From: Hamiltosporidium tvaerminnensis FI-OER-3-3
Taxonomy: Eukaryota; Fungi; Microsporidia
Length of the DNA: 64,000 bases
NCBI GenBank assembly: GCA_022605425.2
Contig: JAKIMF020000005.1
Span: 1,364,001-1,428,000, forward strand
Reading direction: 5' to 3'
A program made the position numbers and the translations under genes. A model generated the notes under the pieces. That model was not told the origin of the DNA, searched no databases, and was given only the letters and a program-made list of their open reading frames with translations. Below are positions 55,327 to 64,000 of this stretch, piece by piece. Within the stretch, counting starts at the first letter, position 1, and the number at the start of each line of letters is the position of its first letter.

Positions 55327-56854
55327 AATGTATAAAAATATTTTTGTGTTGTTTTCCGCCACATCTATTTAAATAAGCTATATACATCTCACTTTTTCTA
55401 TTTTTTTTTCCTACTTATATTTTACTCACCCTTTCAGATTTGATTAAATTTTATATTTTGTATTTTTGTGTAGTTTGTGATTTTGCTTTAAAATTCATTG
55501 CTTGTTAATTTAAGGGTATATTTGATTGCATCCCTGTGCCTGGTTTGTAAATATTTTGCACAGGCGCTTATGTTTCCTCTATATTTTTACTTTATAAATT
55601 AATTTGCTAATATTCTTTTTGCGGACAAAAAATTAATTCAGTTACAAATCCAGATTTTGCGTTACTCAAAAAAATAACTAGTCTATTAAATTACATTGGT
55701 TGTGTATGGGTATCTACTGACGCTGATCCTTATGCTTGCGATAGAAGCAAACTTTCTATTTATAAAAAAGTTATAATTAGAAATTAAAAATTAATTTCGC
55801 TCAATGCAGAAACAAAGAAATAATAGCAAAAGCCAACATCCAATGCTAAATTGAATTTTTAGAAAATTATAAATTAAAAATATTTTTAAACAATATATTA
55901 TGAGACGAGTAAATCTATAAAGGATATCGCATGGAGAGAATAGCTTTAATTAAATTTAGTTATATATAAAAGCATAGAATGAAACTATATATATAAAGCT
56001 AGAAAAACATGCAAAAAACTTTAAATGTAGTTAGAAACTGAAATATTCTTTTACCAATAATACCAAAATGGTCTAATTTACAACAAAATCGATTTTATCA
56101 GGATGTGTAATTCTTCTATAAAATTTGATGATGAAAATTCACATTTATAGCTACAAGTTAGTAATAAACACAACGAAACTGTTACATGCAACAATTAATA
56201 GCTTAGAAAAAAACAAATTAAAATTTCAGGTTCTTAGATAAGTCATAGTTTAGGCACTTTTTATTTGCATATTTTTGTTTTGCGTTTTATCTTGTATAAC
56301 TTTTCTAAATTTAAAATAATTTATAGAACTACGTAATAAATTAAAAATTGGTAGATATGAGAAATATTTAAAAACTAAAATTTTTTGGTCAAATTGTCTA
56401 ATTAAATAGTAAGCAATAAAGTAAAGAATGTTTTACTATTATTGTATGAAATATATGTTTTAAAGCCGATAATATGTTTGATATGAAATTTGCGGTGTAT
56501 AATTCAAAGACAAGAAACACTTTTCCTAAAACACAAGTCGAAATTTTACATTAAATTTTTGGTTTGATAAATAAAAAGAAAACTCCCAGAGTTTTTTAAA
56601 AATAGATAAGTTAATACTAAATTTTTGTTTGCAAAATAGTTTTTATAGGTTAATAAAGTATAAATAAAAATTTTTTGGGATTTAAGAAATAAAATATTAA
56701 TACTTTTGCAATTTTTTTAAAATTTTATAATCATACAAGGATTTCAATTTTTTTTACCTGGATTGTAATAGACATAACAAAAGAAATCTAGATTCTTTTA
56801 TAAAGATTATTTTCGAACAATTTATTTCTATGTAAATAGGAAATACATATATAT

Positions 56855-59272
56855 TTAAAAAGAAAACAACTCAATCATAGACTCAATAGCTCATTCATAT
56901 ATCATAAAGAGTAGATAGGTTCTTTACAAGTTTACAAGAAATAGATAAGATAATGTACAAGAGATAACGTGTTGCGATACAAAGTAAATAAAAGTTATTA
57001 TTTTTTAAAGAGTTTAGGTTAGAACCCACAACTCATTATTATATCCTTTTTTATTTATGATATATATCTTAGCCTCGGGTTTTTCAAATAGGCAACTGCG
57101 TCCCAAAATTAAGCTCTTTGCCTTAGATTTTGTGTAATTTTATTTAATGTTATTGATATGACTATCTACCAATATATTATAATTGCAATGAACCCGCTGT
57201 TTAGTTAAATCCTACTTTAACCAAGACCGGATGAGTTTTTTGGCACTACTTTTGAATCATAATAGGAATACATGTAAATAACCTTACATATTCCCGTTCT
57301 ATAATCCAAATCAGTTTAGATTGTGTAAGAATAATAATTCATTGCAAATGTATTGGTAAAAATAGTAGTTGATTGTGGTACAAGTTTCTTTTGCTTCTAC
57401 ACTGGGTTTAATGTTTATATATATGAAGACGTGTCAGAAGTTTTATAAGAAGATAGTCCTAAGTCACTTTTAGAAGATGCCACAAATTAGAAACTTCCTA
57501 AATTTTACTTTGTTCTTACTTTTAATATTCAATTATCTTTTTTTTATATTTTAAGTAGACAAATCGTAATTTTGATAGTATAATCTCTAAACCAACAAAC
57601 ACAATCATAGAAATTTTATTTGTTGAATTACAACAAACGACCGATTTCATAGAAATAATATGTTTTTTAATCTTCTCATTACATATCATCCCATGAATAT
57701 ATTCAGATATCAAAATTGTATAAATCTCGTAAGTCACAGTGTAAAGTTATTACTTCGTTTTTGAAGATTTTTTCATCGCTGTAAAGCTCTTTAAAAAATA
57801 TATATATTAAAATATGTGGTATAAAATTAAGTTTATACGGAACTATGTATTGATTATTCCTTCAATCTTTATACAAATTAAAATATTGTCTAAATTATTT
57901 TTTAGTTGAATTATTTTTTTGTGTGAATCCGTATTGTTACAGTGAATGTTAAAGATCAAAAAAAACCCAAATAGCAGATATCCGAACCATTTAAAACATA
58001 GTTGTAGAAATCGCCTTTAAACTAGGTAGATAATTCAAGAGCATGCAAATGTACGAATAATTAGTGTAAAATCATTCATTAAAATGTAGTTTTAATATAA
58101 AAGTAATATAAATAAAATAAAGTAATTAGTTCAAGACATTTTAGTATACTATCCTATTTATTTAAAGTTAATTCTTTAGCACTTTGCAGTAAGATAGTAT
58201 ATAATTCTAATAAAAAGAGTTTACAAATTATAAAAACATTTAATACATTTAAGAATATAACAATTTAAGTTGGTTCACTCTGGCTATATATTATAAAACA
58301 AAATATTTATTTATGATATATTGAGATGAATGAAATATTAAGATCTACTGCCTATAAATTGTATTACACATAATAAATTAATCTCTTTATAAATCTACAA
58401 AAATTTAATCCATTTCACAAAAGAAATAGTATTAATTTTCTCATTAATTCGATTAAAAGTTTTATACATGATATTAAAATATCTTTCACATATACATCTT
58501 TCTTTCAAATAGATTTATATTTTTTTAAGTAACATAAACAATACATTTATAATAGATACATGGCATTTCTATCAATTTTATAAAAGGTAAATAATATGAG
58601 GTTATATAGAAATCGAAAGTTATCTATAAATCCCATATATAATTAACGTTTCTAACAATATACTGAGAGCTTTTTCAATCGATTTCATAAAATTTAATAC
58701 AGCCATATTAAAGTTAAACACAGCGTATTATGACCAAGAATAAAAAATCTTATTTTTAGATATTGAGTAAAGGTTTTAATAGTCCAAATATTCCAAAAAA
58801 CAATAAATAAACATCCAATACCTCACACTTAAAAACTTCCAATTATGGTAAATTTTATAAGCTTATTAAGGTTAACCCCTTAAAATCATATAAAAAGAGA
58901 AATTACTTAACTATATATTCTAATGTAACATAGTGATGTGATTAAACGAATTTTTAGCTAAATGAATATAAAATTGACATTAAATTTACAAAAATTCCAT
59001 AAAAATATAATAACATAATACTTTTTTAAGGAAAAAATAGTACTTTATTCAAAAACTTCACCATTATAAGAGCTATAATAGTTTATTTGTAGAAAAACGC
59101 TTACATAACGGACCATTCAACTTAGAAAATGAATAACAAAAGAATGATCTAAAAAAATGTAACCACATTTAAAAAGTAGATTAAGGTTAAGCAAAATTAA
59201 TTTAAGTAAAACAAGTATATACAACAAGAAATTTTAAATGTAGTAAAAGCAGAAAAATAATTACATAAACAT
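56855..59272 (-). pseudogene. Copy 2 of the duplicated ~2.4-kb pseudogene
   Basis: Same orientation as, and collinear with, 34905-37310 (e.g. the identical block aaaaacttccaattatggtaaattttataagcttatta at ~36876 and ~58831). Residual ORF 57522-57737 matches copy 1 (KISMIVFVGLEIILSKL). Confidence 0.65.
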
Positions 59273-59469
59273 AAAATATTCCAGTTAAAAAAACTTAAAA
59301 AGGAAACCAATCTAAATAAAATTTAAAAAATAAAAAAGTATTTAAAATTTTTAGCAAAAATGGCTGATTTAATTAAAAGAAACCACATTTGATAATTATA
59401 AAGATTTCTGGTCCCTTTTCCGGATTTTTCATGTATATAATCTTATTTGTTTTTATATTTTTTTTCATA

Positions 59470-62400
59470 TTTTAGAATCTTCAATTCGACTATAAGTAAC
59501 TATATCGAATAAATTCGATAATTTTGGAGTACAGAAATTTACAAAAACCACCTAGAAATTTTATTATGCATACAATATCTAATTATTAAACAATTATTCA
59601 TTATATTCAAAGTAATTTTCGGTATTAAAACATATATCTTGTAAAATATTTTCAAAAATTTTGGAATAGCCTACACACTATATACGAGATAGGTTGATCG
59701 AAATGAAAAAAAATATTGTGAAAAAATGTTCTTAAAAACGGGAAAAGTTTATTAACAACCTCAATATTGTTTCCTTATTAGATAATTTCTTGTATTTTTG
59801 CTGTTTTTTGACTATTTAAAAATTTTATTTTGTCATCGATAATTCTCGATTTGTTTCATATACTATATACAAATATATCACGAAAAAAATCAAAAAAAAA
59901 ATTGTAATGAAGATTGCATAACCAAATTTTATACAAAATAAACAGTCATATTTTATAAGCATATTAGTAGAATTTGTATCAATTTCTGAGCATTAAATAG
60001 TATTTCTTTCTTACACAGTATTTTAAAAATTTGAAAATCTTCAATTCTGATACATGTAACTCTATTAAACAAAATAGAAAAAATCAAGCAATAAAAAAAG
60101 TTAAGAAAAAAGACTAAATTTATTCTTAACTATAAATAAAATTTTTTACGAAACATCTATTTTTTTAATTATATTTTTATCCATTTTTCATATCATTCTA
60201 ACGACTATACATAAACCAAATCGAAAAAACCAATTCATTCGAATGTAATAGAAAGATATACTATAAATTTAAATTAAAGAAAAATATTCTGTTACACTAT
60301 ATAGAATTTGATAGTTGCGATATTTTCGTAATATAATTCTTAAATTTTTTTCAAGAAGATTTTCACCTTTTTTTTAAATTTCTTCATTCACAATATACTA
60401 TGTAGTTTGACAAATTCGAAAAAATTAATTTAGAAATTTACTTTCAGAATTTCGGAGTTTACACAGAAGCAACCTTCTAGAGTACTGTAAGACTCCTCTA
60501 TAGATTAATTAAAATTTGTGCATTGAATATATATATTTCGTTGATGTTTTTTCAACTTTTAAAAACCGAGATATGTATAGGTATATATGCCTAAAAAATT
60601 CAAAAAAATTGAAATTTGAAATAAACACACAAAATGACTTAAATTTATCATAAAGTATAATCTAAGTATATAGACGTATTTTTTAAAATATTGAGAGCAT
60701 TACCAAGTATTTAATCATTTATTTGTGCAACTAGATTGTTTCATAATTCTTAAATTTCTTCTTACACATATAAAAGATATACTAAGCAACAGTGCAAAAA
60801 TAGGTAATAAAAATTTATAAGAAAAACTGCTATATTTTAGAGTAAACATTAAAATAAAATTATTAAACTCACACTTGATGTATTTTTATAGATTCCTATG
60901 CATTGAAGCGTTTATTTTTTAAGAACAGATTTTTTATATTTTTTAAATCGTATATACGACTGTACGAAAACTGATTAAGTAAATCAAAAAAATTAATAAA
61001 TTGACCAAATTTTTTATTATCTCATTCGGAACTTTATAAATCTATAGGGAATGTTTTTACATTCTTTAGGTAATAAATCATATATTTTTTTAGTTTATTT
61101 TTAGAATCTTGCAATGGTTTATACAACTATATTGAAACTAATCTAAAAAAATTAAAAAATATAAAAAATATAGGTAAATCAAATACAAATTTAAAAATAA
61201 ATATACTAGGTTAAGAATCTACCTGGTAGTATTTCGAATAATTCTTATTTAAATAAACATAATTGTTTTTATATTTTGAATTTGTGATAACTTTCGAATA
61301 ATTGAATACAATATATATAAATATAACAAATGACTTTAAAAAATTCAGTAAAAAAAAATTGCTTAGAATCTCAGAAAATTTAACATAAACATAACATTAA
61401 TGATATCCTAAGAACATTTATTATATGTGTTCTTTGAGATTATAACTAATGTTTTTTTCTGAATTTTTTTTTCTAATTTAAAATCGTTTCCTACAGTATA
61501 TAGAAAATATTATAGAAAAAAAATATGAAAATTTGGAAAATGGAATTACTCAGAAACATTCCTAAATCTTTCGTAAAATTTAATTATATTGGATTATTAT
61601 AAGAAGTTTTGTATAATTTTCAGAGAATTTTAATCATTCGAGATTTTCTTTTTTTTACTGATATTTTCATCATCTCGAATCGTCAATACGACTATATACA
61701 AATTATATTGAAAAAAATTACTAAAAATTAGTTAAAAAAACTTACATTAAAAACAAATAATTTCATATTAAACGATCTTTTTAAATTATTTTAAGAACTT
61801 TTAAGCCATTTTGGGTGATTATTAACCATTTAATATTATATATTTCATTTATTTTTTTATTAATTTTCCGAGTGTTTAATACTGCTATAGAAAAAAAACG
61901 AAAAATTTTAAAAAAAATTAGGTAATAAAAATCCGTGTAATCATGAATAAATTGATTATAAACAATCTTATTTCATTATTAATAACAGATTCGAAGTATT
62001 TTAATAAATTCTTAAGTAATTAATCGAATGTATTTTTTAAAATTTTTTTATTGCTTCATAACTGTATACAGCAAATATATCGAATAAAATCGTAAAAAAT
62101 TAGGTAATAAAAACTTGATAAAACATAGCTATATTTAATTATAAAAAAGGCATGAAATATTGTTAAAAACCTATCTGATGTATTTATAACAATTTTAAAG
62201 CATTAGATCTTATATCTTTCGAGTCCAAGTTCTTCAAGATTTCTAAAGTGTTTCATATACTATATATAAAATATATTAAACAAAATTCAAAAAATTAGGT
62301 AGGAAAAAATGACATCGAAGATAATCAAAATTTTATTTAAAACTACAAAATTTAATTATTTACTTAATATCCGAAGTGCTTTATGCAATTCTTATTCAAA

Positions 62401-64000
62401 AACATATATTTTTCTAAATTTATTTTTTTTAAAATTTTTGAATTGTCAATTCGACTCAAGGCGGACACTAGCTTTGAATAAAATCGAAAAAATTATGTAG
62501 TAAAAATAACACTAAACATTATGAAATTTATTTTAAAGAAATTAATTTTCACAATTTAGATAATTTAAAGCGTTTAGATATGGGATTTTCAATTTTTAAA
62601 TTGTATATTTTTGTGACAATTTGTTTCCGATTTTCATCCGTTTCATACACTATGAACAAAAGATTTCAAAAAAATACAGTGAAAAAATTTAATGACAAAA
62701 TTTATAGTAAAAATGAGCACATTAAATAGTAAACATTATTTTTAATTATTATAAAACCATTCACTCTATTTACAGTACTTTCTAAATATGTAATCTTATA
62801 TTTTTATAGCTCGATTTTTTGATAATGTTATAACTTCCATTCGACTATACATAAATGATCGACCAAATCTAAAAAAGTTAAATAGAAAAAAAATTGCATA
62901 AAATATAAAGATATACTATATAAAAAAATATAATATTTATTTACACATATCTATTCTATTATAATATATTTACAACCTTAGGATCTAACTATGTTTGAAT
63001 TATTTTTTACATTTTTCCAAAGCGTTTCATACACTATATTTAATATATAAAACAAAATTTAAAACAAATAGGTTAAAAAAAAATCCAAAACATATTAAAA
63101 TTTTAATCTAGCCTATAAAAAGAAATTATATTATCCGTCCAAGAGATTTATATTGATTTTTATCTACTAAAACTTATATATTTTAAAATCATTATAAAAT
63201 AATTTTGGATTGTCTATACCTATATACTAAACTATATAAAAAAACCGAAAACATAAAATAAAAAAAATATACCGGAAACATGGCTAAATAAAATATTGAC
63301 ATCACCAATTATATTATTATAAACATTTATGTACTATTCTGGTGATTTTTTAAGTATTAAATTCTATTTCTTATAAGCTTAACTTTTTCTTAGTTTTAAA
63401 GCCTTCAATACAAATATACATAAACAAATCGAAAAAAATAGGTAACAAAAATCAACAAAACAACGATATTTTTTCATATTTACAAAATCCACAAACTAAT
63501 ACAAGATCTTTTATGTCCTTTCTATATATTTTCAAATAATAATTCATATATTTTTTCGAATTCGATTTTCGAAATTTTAAATTTCTTAATACACTATATA
63601 AAAAAATTATTGTATGAAAGAAAAAAAATTAGTTAAAAAATTTACATAAAATATGAATGATTTTAATTCTAAACTTTGGAATAAGATAGCATAAAGAACA
63701 TTTAGAATGCTTTTATGTACTTCTAATATTACTTGATTATTTTATTGACTCTTCTTAATAAACTTTAAAATATTTCTTAAAGAATATAGAAAAAGAATAA
63801 ATGATTAGAAAATATACTGCAAAAATATCTAAGTTATAACGATTCTAGTTAATTAGAAATAATATGAAACAATAAAATATATGAATAGAAAACTATCTAT
63901 CCAAGGATAAAAGTCTCTTTGTACTGAATTAAAGAGCTATTTAAAATGTAACAAAATAAAACAACGCAAATAGAAAAAAACACATAGGAAAAGTCAATAT
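59470..64000. repeat. Highly diverged tandem satellite, ~185-190-bp period, 20+ units, apparently continuing past the window end
   Basis: Anchor motif ttca-ta(c/t)(g)actata recurs at ~59487, 59675, 59860, 60201, 60395, 60763, 60955, 61121, 61306, 61491, 61687, 61879, 62058, 62256, 62646, 62842, 63029, 63225, 63407 and 63589. It is often followed ~30-45 nt later by aaaaattag(g/t)taa(t)aaaa. Confidence 0.75.

Noticed and set aside
15293-62500. Most remaining 60-90-aa ORFs in the supplied track
   Set aside because: F/I/K/L/N-rich products typical of random AT-rich DNA, often with TTG starts, lacking start-context motifs, or antisense to real genes.

Overview
Very AT-rich (roughly 20-23% GC by eye), gene-sparse eukaryotic DNA. 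It is most consistent with a large-genome microsporidian: the genes show no evident introns, CC/CCC motifs sit just upstream of the ATGs, AATAAA/ATTAAA overlaps or closely follows the stop codons, and a decayed Dbp5 looks microsporidian-like. Only three long genes are present (about 9% coding). One is a 568-aa type I membrane protein (minus strand, 4.1-5.8 kb). The other two are distantly paralogous signal-peptide proteins (13.1-15.1 kb and 32.7-34.5 kb), each split by single-base indels at short homopolymers. The rest is relic DNA: a degraded DBP5 DEAD-box helicase pseudogene, a pair of paralogous 2.4-kb minus-strand pseudogenes, several other eroded ORFs, and remnants of RTE and R4/Dong-like LINEs, a Ty3/gypsy integrase and a Tc1/mariner element. 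There is also an ~250-bp RTE-derived element carrying an HDV-like ribozyme relic, a 52-bp minisatellite, and a highly diverged ~187-bp tandem array filling the last 4.5 kb. No rRNA, tRNA or CRISPR is supported. No complete novel system can be demonstrated from this window. The best leads are the ~187-bp array, the orphan secreted-protein family, the ribozyme-bearing mini-element and the dead housekeeping-gene copy. All alignments and family assignments were done by eye from remembered motifs, not database searches.
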